Assembly: GCA_002269645.1 (NCBI GenBank)
Contig: NIVC01000412.1
Location: 620,001 to 684,000 of the forward strand
Length of the DNA stretch: 64,000 bases
Reading direction: 5' to 3'
Origin: Macrostomum lignano
Taxonomy: Eukaryota
Below, in pieces: positions 25,597 through 39,100 of this stretch (positions within the stretch are counted from its first letter, which is position 1; each line of letters starts with the position of its first letter). The notes below the pieces were generated by a model that was not told where the DNA came from, made no database searches, and saw only the letters and a program-made list of their open reading frames with translations. A program made the translations under genes and the position numbers.

Positions 25597-26589
25597 CGTA
25601 CGAGCTGTAGCAATCTGCACTGGCTTAAAAATTCTTACAAAGTACATCTTAATGTTTTATTAGGCAGATACTTCATTAGTTTTTATTAATTGACGTTTAT
25701 ATTTACAAGTTTAGCTACAATTATGATTAAATTATGATTTATTTTAAAGTATTTTATTATTGTTATATATTCTTAATTTAATATATTTTAATATAGTTAG
25801 GAATTAATTTGGAATTAATATTTTAATATATTCTTAAAACCGAAAGTACACTATGAGACGTCACCGTAATTAAAAATACGAAATTTATAGCAAAACCAAC
25901 TTTAGCTGTAGGATCCTTTTTTATTATTTTTTCCAATACGTAAATTGTGTATACGTGCATTTTAGATGGACATGTACATGTACACAAGGACCACTGTATA
26001 AAACAGTGTATAATAACTGTTACATACAGTGGTCCTTGCACATACACTGACTAACAAAGTATATACTGAAATATGTACTCGTAAATGCATATCACAATAT
26101 TTAATACAGAGCCATGCGGTTTTCGATTGTGTTCTTCTCTCATTGTTGGTCGAGTAGTAATTTGGGATCGTCCGGATCCGGGCCGACACCAGCTCAATCG
26201 GCCACCGCTAGCATTTAGGAGCCTCTCTTAATACTGAGGAAGAGAACTCTTAATAAGTAATAAAAATAGAAGCAATGATCAACATTTACGAGCTGATTTT
26301 CCGACGCGCGTTTCAACTAACTTTAGTCATCATATCAGGGCAAGCTGTTTATATTTGGATTATTGCATTCTCAATAAGGATGTGGAGACCCTCTAAAATT
26401 CTGCAGATGAATGAATTCCCGAGGATCGGTATTATCAGCAAAGAAATGAACAGTTTTGTCACCAACAAAGTTGTCAATAATGGCTATCATCCCAATGATC
26501 CCGTTATGGTCTTGCCGTTCTATGGTCCATCATTGTTCTAACCTCTTGAAATAAATATGGAAAAAGCCTTCCGCAAATGGTACAACATT

Positions 26590-26944
26590 CCCCCCGTAGC
26601 CCAGCGGTAGCGCAGCTGCTCTGGTGTGCCAGCGACCCAGGCTCGATTCCAAGTGCAGTCACATTAATTTGGGGCTGAATTGGAATCTCGGCTTGGCTCT
26701 GCTCGTGCAATTAACGGCCTTGAGAGCCAACCCCCCAAGGCGCAGTGAAGTGTACATGCCTAACGATAATATAGAGTTAGGGCCGCTGTACACTCCTGTG
26801 TGAGTGTGTGCCTGCGTACGTATCTGCGCGCTTGTATGCCTGCTCAGGGGAGTCGGCGGAATGGGCAGCAATGCCTCTCGCTGGTTGTGTGCCTATGTCG
26901 CTTAAAGTGCGCCAGGGTGCACACAACCCCCTGCCTCTAATAAA
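26590..26944 (+). mobile_element. tRNA-derived SINE, full-length, with 15 bp TSD
   Basis: A box TAGCCCAGCGG, B box GGCTCGATTCC, A-rich 3' end; AAATGGTACAACATT at both 26575-26589 and 26945-26959. Confidence 0.85.
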
Positions 26945-27133
26945 AAATGGTACAACATTAAGGTTAAAGTTGTCTTTCGCACTACCAAAGTTGGCCAATA
27001 TACATTTGCAGACTCAAATCCAGTGTTACACGCGCCCTATCTACAGGTGTCGTTTACAAATTTACTTTGTTCTGTACGTTGAACACAGAACATTTCCTGC
27101 ATAGGGTTAATTGGAGCATTGGCTAAAAACAAT

Positions 27134-27249
27134 GGGGTCGTAGTATAAAGCTGTCGTAGCGTAAGTTCGATCGTTCGTCGAAACTTTTACACTGCGGAGA
27201 TAGGAGCTAAGAACGATCTTATCTTACGATGGCTTTATAGAACGGGCTC
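27134..27249. mobile_element. Short MITE-like relic with degenerate terminal inverted repeats
   Basis: Left GGGGTCGTAGTATAAAGCTGTCGTA resembles the reverse complement of the right end, GAGCCCGTTCTATAAAGCCATCGTA. Confidence 0.35.
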
Positions 27250-29582
27250 AATATCTGCATGTTATTCAGGACCATCTGCTGGCTTGCAAACAGTGTTGTG
27301 AGAGCGAACAAATTGACTAAAAATACTGGAATCGATGCATGTTAAAAAAACCTGTAATCTCAATACATGTAATCAATTAATTAATTGCAACACAGCAGTG
27401 GTGCGGGCCTGCTGAGGGTGCAGTTGAAAGTGGGAGCACTCTCAACTACAACTACAATAATGTACATGCATGTACTGACTTTACAACCGGACTTCTTTTT
27501 TCTCTATACCCTTGACATGCACATTGGATTGTACAGGTACGTGAAATGTTTGCTTCAATGTTCAACTTTGCTTGTTTGAACCTGATCAACCAAATAATTT
27601 ATTGAACAATAATCCAAATAAACAGTACGCCCTGTTGATAACTAAAGTTTGTCGAAAAGCGTCGGAAAAGCAATAAATGTTGATCTTTTCTATTTTTATT
27701 ACAATCTAAATATACTAAATTCTTACTATCCTTAAGTTTACACAAAATCCCATTTTCATTTTCGATCCCCTCTGAGGAATCGGCTATTGAGTCATCATAT
27801 TAAAAATAATTTATTGAACCAAATTATTTATTGGACGATTATTTAAACTTCAGCTCGTAATTAATTCGGAGTCCCTAATTATCCCCTTTAGCTTGTTCTC
27901 TTCTATCCCAGGTCCAATTTTTGTCACTTTTTTGCCAAATCCAGCTTCCTGTTGTCACTGTGAGCAGAATGACGTATCATTTGTGTACATAGGTTACTCG
28001 GGCTCCACTTAATGAGCTTAAGTTGACAGGCCCTTTAATCCCATAAAATTCCGGTCGTCGGATTTCGACAACAAGATTTCCCGAAACACGGTGTGTGGAC
28101 TGTTTTCGGTTGGGTCGCCGCCCTACACAGTCCAATTATGCTCTAATGGTCCTATAACTGTATGATACTGATACTTTCCGGCGTTGGGACGCACTGAGTA
28201 GTAAAACTGCATGGGCCAGGCGTTGGGATGCACTGGACTGTCGTTGCCTTGCCTGGTGTTGGGGCGCACTGCTACTCGGCCTGGTCACAGTGTGCATACA
28301 ACAAACAGCGCTTACCAGTGGTCAATCAGTCGAAACGATCGGGTCGAGCTTGCATGCTTTTATATTTGGCTGCTGGATCTCTAATCTCTAGCTTTGCAAG
28401 GTCTATATCTGAATATATTCTCTAATCTCTGTCTAGCTTTCTCCGCGCTTCGTCTAAATTTAGTTTGGAATACAACCGCGCAGAAAGGAAAAAGATGAGC
28501 CTTCTCTAGGGTACATGTAAAGTGAGACGCATTACATGTACCACAAAACCGGCTTAGAGGCAGAGCTGAAAAGGGGTGAGTAGTAACAGAGAGGAAAGCC
28601 TCGCCCAGCCAATCGGAGCTGCCCAGCGCAGCAGCTAACACAGCCGAAGAACGACCAATCAGGCCGCGAGGGGATCAGGGGGGAGGGCGAGGTTCAAACA
28701 AAGGGCCGGAGCATGCCACCCCAAACCAGCCAGAACTGGTCAACCGGGGAGGCTGCCCCAGACAATGGGTAGAAGCACAAAAAACAAGTGCATAACGCCC
28801 CAAGCGACTGAAATTGTGATGATTGCAGGGATTGATTGTAAGTGTCGTGCAGATCTTGCGCACGTATTGACAATTGGTGAAAATTGAATTGAAATTATCG
28901 AAAATTATTTTGAAAATTTAATTCAATGAGGTATTGGAATTATTTTAACATAGTCATAATTTTTTACAATATAATGTGCCGGAACTTTGTTTTTATTGAT
29001 TGCCAGTCTCTAGTTAAATTTATTGAAAAATAGCTAGGCATTTGATAATGATAGCAGTCTGATAGCAGTTTTAATAATTCGAAAAAATACTCACGTGGTA
29101 TCCTCTAAAAACATGACAATTAAATATAGATAGTTGTTTTACTTTTTATTTTCCTAAATCGGTCTAACTTAACTTTTCGAATTGCGTCGCCGAAGAAAGT
29201 TGATCTGTGCGATTGGCAGGCAGGCAGGCAGGCGGCGCGGCGGCCCTGTGATATTTTTCGTTATCTCATCCCTCAACTAGTTCTTTGAACTAGTTGAAAA
29301 AACTTCTAGTTCTTTTGTTAAGATTTATGTTTTGTATATTTCAAAAAGTCTGTCAAAAGATTAATATATATTTAGAAAAGATATCAAACTAACTAGGCCC
29401 TAGGCCTACCTATCATATTATTAATATTTTGGTTTTATGCAGATCGTTTTTAATTTGTCCTAGAATATTCAGGTACATAAACATAGATGGTCCTCATAAA
29501 ATGCCTACCAGGAAAAAACATGGAAAATGTTTACCAAATTTGGAAAATGTACTACTGTATAATTGCAATGCAATTGTCTAAT

Positions 29583-30382
29583 GGCCCATTCCATATAAGA
29601 TGGACATATTTGGAAAATAGAAAAAGTCAATATTTTTGCTTGTCATTGCCTTATCAGCCAATTTTTTTTACCAAATATTTTTTGTATATAATTTATACAA
29701 TCTAAGAATAAATAAATGGTAAAATGTTGGATTAGGCCTAGTAGTGTGTTAGTTATCAATTGGCATTAATTTATTTTTGTAAAAAAAATAGACATTTTCT
29801 AAGCAAAAGACATCATTATAAGTTTATGTACCTTTTAAAAACAAATAGAAAGTTTTGAAAGGTTAAAACAAACTATATAAAATTATAATACTTGCATCAT
29901 CAAATAAAAACATTAGCAACTATATAATCTATTATATTTTTAATATATTAGTACTTCAAAGTTACTGAATTGACAGAAAAAATATGTTATGACCATAATG
30001 TTACAACCATAAGGCTGCCTTTTATTTTGTATCTTTGTTGCCTTTTTGAGTTTATATATTCTAATAAAAGAGTATGATTTTTAAAGATGTTCTTAGTTTT
30101 TTTTTTAAAAAAATATTGCAAAATATGAAAAATGAAAAATGTTATAAGACTTTTACCTTTTAGTTTCTTAATGTCAAAAATCTTGTTGTTACGACCATAA
30201 GTGCTATTCAAGGTTTAATAGCATCTATACTAATGATGATATCTATATGAAACTTTATGAACATATATTTTTGACAAAATAATCTTTCATTCAAAATATT
30301 GGTTTAGTATATTCTATTATTAGATTTCATTTTATAAGTAAAACAGTCTGTCATGTTACGACCATAATTATATGGAATGGCC
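29583..30382. mobile_element. Putative non-autonomous DNA transposon relic, AT-rich
   Basis: Terminal inverted repeats GGCCCATTCCATATAA (29583) and TTATATGGAATGGCC (30368-30382); internal repeats of GTTA(C/T)GACCATAA near 29985, 30187 and 30355. Confidence 0.45.
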
Positions 30383-30790
30383 TTAATAGTCAATGACTGT
30401 AGTCTATATATGTAAGAAGCAGAATGCCAATAGCTATTTTTATAGTCATAGGAAGAAATTTTGTGTACATTAATAGTTAACAATTACATTGAATAAGCTT
30501 AGTTAATGTTGAGGGCAAGAACTAGGCCTATTAGAAAATTAAATTACCATTAGGGGCCTTTATTAAAGTATTAAAAGCATAGGCCTATTAAATAATTCTT
30601 CTAAAATTCAAAAGCATTTATTATTATTTGCATTCCATGTTACTTGCTAAATTTAGATAATATTTGTTTTTTTATGTATTGACTATAAAATAACCATTTT
30701 GCTATTTATATGGTCATAGTAACAATAGCAACTGCCAAAACTTAGGCCCTATGACAATGATTCCAATGAAATAGATAGATAAGATAGTAA

Positions 30791-31176
30791 GGGGGCCATA
30801 GCCCAGCGGTAGGCTAGCGCAGCTGCTCTGGTATGCCAGCGACCCAGGCTTGATTCCAAGTGCAGTCACATTAATTTGGGGCTGAATTGGAATCTTAGCT
30901 TGGCTCTGCTCGTGCAATTAACAGCCTTGAGAGCCAACCCCCCAAGGTGCAGTGAAGTGTACATGCTTAATGATAATATAAAGTTAGGGCCGCTGTACAC
31001 TCCTGTGTGAGTGTGTGCCTGCGTACGTATCCGCGCGCTTGTATGCCTGCTCAGGGGAGTTGGTGGAATGGACAGTAATGCCTCTCGCCGGTTGTGTGCC
31101 TATGTCGCTTAAAGTGTGCCAGGGTGCACACAACCCCCTTGCCTCTAATAAAAACACTAAAACACTAATAATAACA
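30791..31176 (+). mobile_element. tRNA-derived SINE, second near-full copy
   Basis: High visual similarity to 26590-26944 over ~350 bp; possible TSD AAGATAGT (30781, 31177); tail with AAAACACT repeats. Confidence 0.82.
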
Positions 31177-31515
31177 AAGATAGTTGTTTACAATTTGTCT
31201 TATTATTATGAATTCTAATGATGTAAAGAAAAGATAAATATTTAAAGATAAAAATGCAAAAGAAGATTAATAAATACAGAAATAGTTTGTTTAAATATAA
31301 AAATGAAATATTTAAAAGTAGAAATTAGAGATAATAACTATATTTCATTACATCAAATTTTCAATAATTTATATAAAGAAATAAAAATGTCAATATATAA
31401 TATAGTATGATTGCATACCAAGTATATCAAGGACCTTTTATGTGTTAGAATTTTTATTGGCTTTTAAATGCACTAGCCACTAGTATAGCTAATCAAGTTA
31501 ATCAAATATTATATA

Positions 31516-31743
31516 CTGGTTTTTTTCGTCCATAACTTGGGTGCAATTTCGCACCCTGTGCAAGATTTCAGGGTGCGATTTTCAAGACTTAAGATGTCCA
31601 TAACAGTAAAACACTAAATTGTAAAACCTGCATCATATCCTTGCAAAAATTTGGGTGCACTTTTTGCACCCTGAGTCAAATTTCAGGGTGCGATTTTTAA
31701 GACAAGGATGCTATTCGCACCCATTCGCACAAAAAAAACCCAG
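31516..31743. mobile_element. Small MITE-like element with internal direct repeat
   Basis: Ends CTGGTTTTTTT / AAAAAAAACCCAG; two ~52 bp copies of TTGGGTGCA…GCACCCTG…TTTCAGGGTGCGATTTT…AAGAC. Confidence 0.45.
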
Positions 31744-33165
31744 ATTATATATCTTAGTCAATAAGCAAAACCAAAATAAAAAAAGAAAGAATAGAGTCAA
31801 TGGCTAATTTAATTTCTAAAATTTTAGACATAGACTAAATTAAAACTATTAGTATCAGTATATTTTTTAACAAAAATTTACTTTGGTAAGAATCTTTATA
31901 CTTTAAAAAAAGTATACAATTATTAATAAAATGATATTTTGAGAAAATAAATGCAATCACAAAAAGTCACATTATGCATATAGTTAGATAAATAGGAAAT
32001 ATGGTATGTACCTGGTATCTTCCATTATATGGCTAAAGAGTGTAAAAGTATAATTAAAAAAGTAATTCAATATTTGTTAAACTTAAATCAAGTCAAAGCT
32101 ATAGTCTATGGCTAAGCATTTAAACAAGGTACAGGCTATAATTATATATTCACTAAGAAAATAAAATAAGTAAAAGCAAGCAAGCAAATAATTATAAGTA
32201 TAGTAGATTTTCACAACATGACTAGCAAACAGTTTGAAAGTCTGATGGATGTTCAAATAGACACCTTGATTCAAAGTACTCTTCTGCCAAACACAATAAG
32301 AAAATGTGAGTAGATGATTACTACATTTCATGAATGGCATCAGTTCAAGACGAACCAGTGGGCTACATCACCAGTGGACTATCATTAATGGTATTGAAAG
32401 AGATAAAGGAATTCACAAAGAACAATTTCAATTACTAGATATTCCTACTAGAAAGAAGATGCAAATTGATGTCAACAGTGAAACTAAGTGAGACTAGAAT
32501 TAGGATTTACTATCATTTGTCAAATCAATAGTAACTTAACATTAACTTATTATTAACAAATTCACATAATTGTTTTGTTACTTTTCCTTGTTCAATCTGT
32601 GTAATTTGTGGTAAATTTCGATTTTGTCTATGACCATATATTTATATTGTTTATTTCCCCCTCCCTAGCAAGTGGGAAATAAACGCATTTATCATCCAGG
32701 GCAAGATGAATATAATGCATTAAAACATAGACTAACCAAGTGGGCAAATGGGAGATACATATGGATCTAGGCTCTTTCTAATGAAACTAGAGAGGGCAAT
32801 AAATATTTATAAACAAATTTTATGCAAAGGCAATAAAAAATTATAGCTACTGTAGGTATATAGTTTATCATATCTGTTTTAGTATACTTTAGCCATGGTA
32901 AATTATTATACCAAACAAATTTCATTGTAATTATTTAAGTTTTTATTGTATTTATTATTGATTTATGCTACCATTTTTAGATAATTTTGTTTTAATTCTT
33001 ATTTCTCTAATAGTTCAAAATTCAAAACTGGAACCTACAAAAATAGATGCTAGGCCTAGGAGCTTATTAACAAATTAATTTTTGTTGTCGCCATTGTGCA
33101 GTTGCCACAGTATTCCATAGCCATTTGCAATCTTTAAAAAAACTGCATGCACCCAGTGCGCAGGC

Positions 33166-36100
33166 ATGACGGGACTCGAATTGGCACTGTTCGGTTTGGT
33201 CTTCACCATTGTCGTTGGCCTGGCAATGTTCGCCGTATTTCGCAGCATCCAAGCCGACGGCCGTCAGATTGATAAACAGCTTGGCCAGCATCCGTCATCG
33301 CTGGCCAGTCACCAGCATCACGGCCAGTTGTCCAGCACTGCTGGAGGCGGCGGCGCCAAGGAGTCAAAAAAGGCGGCCAAGAAGGCGGCCGCTAAGCAGA
33401 AGAAAGCAGCTGCTGCCGCTGCCACCGCTGCTGCCTCTTCAACTGGCGGTGTCGAGTCGCATTCAACTGAGCGCGGCGTTAAGATGGTCGAACTGGAGTT
33501 GGACCCCGAGATTATCGAAGTGTCGGAAGTGTCGGACGCCGGCGGTGCCCAGCAGCAGCCGCAGGCGGAGGTCCGGCAGCGCAAGCTGTCCAGGCAGAGC
33601 GGCGGCAAGGCCCAGCAGCCGGGTGCCGCGCCCAAGCCGATTCTGCTCAACAAAGATGAGCACTCGCCAGTTGTTGACGAGACCATCGTCTATCCGCATT
33701 TGAAGCCAGTCATTGACGATGTCGATTTGCGCCGCCGATCGTCTGTCGATGTCGCTGAAACCGACGCTGCCGCGGTGGCTGCCTCTGCCGCTGCTACGTC
33801 AGGTACGTGATTAAATTATAAATTATACCTGTTGCTGAGATGCCATGGCTCATAATAGTGGAGTTGCTGAGATGCCATGGCTCATAATAATGGAGTTGCT
33901 GAGATGCCATGGCTCATAATAGTGGAGTTGCTGAGATGCCATGGCTCATAATAGTGGAGTTGCTGAGATGCCATGGCTCATAATAGTGGAGTTGCTGAGA
34001 TGCCATGGCTCATAATAGTGGAGTTGCTGAGATGCCATGGCTCATAATAGTTGAAATCGACCGTGAGGACTTGTCAGCTGATATTTAGTCGTATAATTTT
34101 AACAGGTGGCAGCGGCGGTCATACTGCCGGCAAGAAGTCCAAGCAGCAGAAGGCGGCCCAGAAGGGCAAGCAGCAGCAGCATCCATTGGCCACCGATCTG
34201 CTGCCGCAGCAGCCGCCCGCCGAATCCGCCGTCTCCTTTGCCGATGCCACCGACGCCGAGGTGGCCAGGGCCTTCGTTAAGCCGACAGCTGCTGCGCCGC
34301 CAACATCAAAGACTGTGCCGACATCGGCGCAGAAAGCCGCCGGCAAAAAGAGCGGCAGCGGCGGCGGCAGTGGTCGCGTCAACGGCGATAGCGAAGACGA
34401 CGAGTTCCTCTCCGACGGTCGGCCGGCGTCGCCAACTCAGCGCCTGCTTCGTCGAATCCAGGCCGCCACCGGCTGCCGCATCGAGGCTCTCATTGAAGGC
34501 CTTGGCGGCGTCGCGCCGGGCACCGCAGCAGCCCTGCGCTCCGAGGCTGAGGCCCTGCGCGCCCAGCTGGATCGGCAGACGGCTTCTGGCAGGGAGCAGC
34601 TGGCCATGGCCGCGGCCGATAGGCAAAGGGCCTCGCAGGAGACCGCGGCCGCTGTTAAACACTTGCAGGATGTACAGGCCCAGCTGCAGGTTAGTTGGGG
34701 TCATGATGCGGTCTTGACTGCTGGTCTTCATGACTCACTTGAAGTCTTTATGACCTCACCTGGAGTCTTTATGACCTCATCTGGAGTCTTTATGACCTCA
34801 CCTGGAGTCTTTATGACCTCACCTGGGGTTTTAATGACTCACCTGAAGTCTCTGTGACTCACTTGTGTCTTTATGATGACTCACCCGAAGACTTTATGAC
34901 TCACCTGAAGTCTTAATGACTAACCTGAAGTCTTCATGTCCCACTTGCAGTATTCATGACCTTGTCTAGAGTCTTCATGACTCACCTGTCTTTATGACTC
35001 ACCTGAAAGCTTTATGACTCATCTGGAGTCTTCATGACTCACCTGAAATCTTAATGACATCCCTGGAAGCCTTATATCTGGTGTCTTCATGACCTCATCT
35101 GGAGTCTTCATGACTCACCTGAAATCTTAATGACATCCCTGGAAGCCTTATATCTGGTGTCTTCATGACCTCATCTGGAGTCTTCATGACTCACCTGAAA
35201 TCCCAATGACATCCCTGGAAGCCTTATATCTGGTGTCTTCATGACCTCATCTGGAGTCTTCATGACTCACCTGAAATCTTAATGACATCCCTGGAAGCCT
35301 TATATCTGGTGTCTTCATGACCTCGTCTAGAGTCTTCATGACTCACCTGTCTTCATGACTCACCTGAAATCTTTATGACTCATCTGGAGTCTTCATGACT
35401 CACCTGAAATCTTAATGACATCCCTGGAAGCCTTATATCTGGTGTCTTCATGACCTCACCTGGAGTCTTCATAACTCACCTGACGTTCTGATGACCTACC
35501 TAGAGTTTTGCATGACATATTTAAAGCTGTAAACTATTGAAACCTCTGCAGTTATTTATTAATATTTTAACTCCCGAATCCAGGCTGCCCAAGCGGAGAT
35601 CATGCGCGGCCAGTCGCAGGCCACGGCCTACACCCTCATGCAGCAGGAGTTCACTAAGAAGATCTCCGAGAACAAATCCCTAGAATTGGAGCGCCAGCGC
35701 TTAGCCGAGGCGCTAAAAAAATCCGAGGCCCGTCTGGCCGGAGTCGATGGCGACGTGCGCCGCATCCGGTCGGAGGCGGAGGCCAGCGTCGAGGCCGAGC
35801 GCCGGTCAGCCAGGAGCGCCTGCGACGAATTGCAGCGGCGGATCGATCAGCTGCAGGCGGAGCTGCAGTCTGCCAGCGCCCAGCGTGGATCCGCTGGCGA
35901 CCCCGCCGCTGAGGCCAATCAGCTGGTGGATGAGCTGCGCCGCCGATGCGAGGCGAGTCTCATATGGGTTCCCATCCTGGTTGATATGGGTTCCCATCCT
36001 GGTTGATATGGGTTCCAATCCTGGTTGATATGGGTTTCCATCCTGGTTGATATGGGTTCCCATCCTGGTTGATATGGGTTCCCATCCTGGTTGATATGGG

Positions 36101-39100
36101 TTCCCATCCTGGTTGATATGGGTTCCCATCCTGGTTGATATGGGTTCCCATCCTGGTTGATATGGGTTCCCATCTTGGTTGATATGGGTTCCCATGCTGG
36201 TTGATATGGGTTCCCATGCTGGTTGATATGGGTTCCCATCCTGGTTGATATGGGTTCCCATGCTGGTTGATATGGGTTCCCATGCTGGTTGATATGGGTT
36301 CCCATCCTGGTTGATATGGGTTCCCATCCTGGTTGATATTTGTTCCCATGCTGGTTGATATGGGTTCCCATGCTGGTTGATATGGGTTCCCATGCTGGTT
36401 GATATGGGTTCCCATGCTGGTTGATATGGGTTCCCATGCTGGTTGATATGGGTTCCCATGCTGGTTGATATGGGTTCCCATCCTGGTTGATATTTGTTCC
36501 CATGCTGGTTGATATGGGTTCCCATGCTGGTTGATATGGGTTCCCATGCTGGTTGATATGGGTTCCCATGCTGGTTGATATGGGTTCCCATGCTGGTTGA
36601 TATAGGTTCCCATGCTGGTTGATATGGGTTCCCATGCTGGTTGATATGGGTTCCCATGCTGGCTGATATGGGTTCCCAATGCTGGTTCATATGGGTTCCC
36701 AATGCTGGTTCATATGGGTTCCCATCCTGGTTGATATTTGTTCCCATCCTGGTTGATATGGGTTCCCATGCTGGTTGATATGGGTTCCCAATGCTGGTTC
36801 ATATGGGTTCCCAACCCTGGTTGATACAACCTGACAGTCTCCGTCTGACCTGACACACCTCCTCATCTCATAAAACACAGGCCTCAGACTCGGAGCTGAG
36901 CATGCGACAGTCCGAGCTCGATTCCGCCCGTCAGCAGCTCGCCAAGGAGCAGCAAGAATCTCGCGAAGTAGAAAACCGTCTGGCCGAGTCGCTGCAACGC
37001 TTGAGCAGCCTGGACAAAGAGGTGGAAGGCCTGCAGCAGGCGCTGGCGGACAGAGACTCTCGCATCGCCTCGCTAGAGGCCTCTGAGGCCGCTGTCAGCT
37101 CCAATCTGGAGAGCGAGACGGTCGCCCTGCGGACCAAGAACGACGAGTTACGGGAAAGAAATTTCACTACTCAGGTGCGACTTTTAGTGCAGCATTCCAT
37201 TTTTATATTGGGGTTTGTAGCGTAAAATACGAGCGTAGGTGTCTATGTTAATGGAATGGGTGTCCATGATGCTGGAATAGGTGTCCATGATGCTGGAATA
37301 GGTGTCCATGATGATGGAATAGGTGTCCATGATGCTGGAATAGGTGTCCATGATGCTGGAATAGGTGTCCATGATGCTGGAATAGGTGTCCATGATGATG
37401 GAATAGGTGTCCATGATGCTGGAATAGGTGTCCATGATGCTGGAATAGGTGTCCATGATGCTGGAATAGGTGTCCATGATGCTGGAATAGGTGTCCATGA
37501 TGATGGAATAGGTGTCCATGATGCTGGAATAGGTGTCCATGATGCTGGAATAGGTGTCCATGATGATGGAATGGGTGTCCATGATGATAGAATAGGTGTC
37601 CATGATGCTGGAATAGGTGTCCATGATGATGGAATAGGTGTCCATGATGCTGGAATAGGTGTCCATGATGCTGGAATAGGTGTCCATGATGCTGGAATAG
37701 GTTCCATGATGCTGGAATAGGTGTCCATGATGATGGAATAGGTGTCCATGATGATGGAATAGGTGTCCATGATGCTGGAATAGGTGTCCATGATGCTGGA
37801 ATAGGTGTCCATGATGATGGAATAGGTGTCCATGATGATGGAATAGGTGTCCATGATGATGGAATAGGTGTCCATGATGCTGGAATAGGTGTCCATGATG
37901 CTGGAATAGGTGTCCATGATGATGGAATAGGTGTCCATGATGCTGGAATAGGTGTCCATAATGATGGAATAGGTGTCCATGATGATGGAATGGGTGTCCA
38001 TGATGCTGGAATAGGTGTCCATGAGGATGGAATAGGTGTCCATGATGATGGAATAGGTGTCCATGATGCTGGAATAGGTGTCCATGATGATGGAATAGGT
38101 GTCCATGATGATGGAATAGGTGTCCATGATGATGGAATAGGTGTCCATAATGATGGAATAGGTGTCCATGATGATGGAATAGGTGTCCATGATGCTGGAA
38201 TAGGTGTCCATGATGATAGAATAGGTGTCTATGTTAATGGAATAGGTGTCCATGATGCTGGAATAGGTGTCCATGATGCTGGAATAGGTGTCCATGATGC
38301 TGGAATAGGTGTCCATAATGATGGAATAGGTGTCCATGATGATGGAATAGGTGTCCATAATGATGGAATAGGTGTCCATGATGCTGGAATAGGTGTCCAT
38401 GATGATGGAAAAGGTGTCCATGATGATGGAATAGGTGTCCATGATGCTGGAATAGGTGTCCATGATGATGGAATAGGTGTCCATGATGATGGAATAGGTG
38501 TCCATGATGCTGGAATAGGTGTCCATGATGATAGAATAGGTGTCCATGAGGATGGAATAGGTGTCCATAATGATGGAATAGGTGTCCATGATGATGGTAT
38601 AGGTGTCCATGGTAGTGCAACAGGTGTCCATGGTAGTGCAACAGGTGTCCATGATAGTACAACAGGTGTCCATGGTAGTTCAGCAGGTGTCCATGGTAGT
38701 GCAACAGGTGTCCATGGTACTCGTAGTGCAGCAAGTGTCTATGGTAGTTCAACAGATATCTATGGTGAAATTACTCCAGTAATAACTAAGCTACATTAAC
38801 CTTACTAAGCTTACTTCAACCTGTAGAAGATTTGCTGAAATAAGTCAAGTCAATTCATAAGTGCGGTTAAACTTGACTGCCAGCAAACTTCACGCCAGAC
38901 AGGGGTGACTAATAAACAGGCCGTGTTAACAGAGTTTATGGCGTATCTACTTGGGCTGTCGCAGCTCCATAGTCTAACATTGGGGGTTTTCGTAACCTGG
39001 TCTTATCAGAGTGTCTCTTTGAAAACTGCTCGTGCTCTTTTTTATCTTCTGCTTTTTTGTCGGCTCCATTTTTCACGTTTAAGCTGGCCTTTATTGAATT

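Noticed and set aside
26590-26660. tRNA gene
   Set aside because: Only A/B boxes with no complete cloverleaf; continues into a repeated body with tail and TSD, so it is a SINE head.
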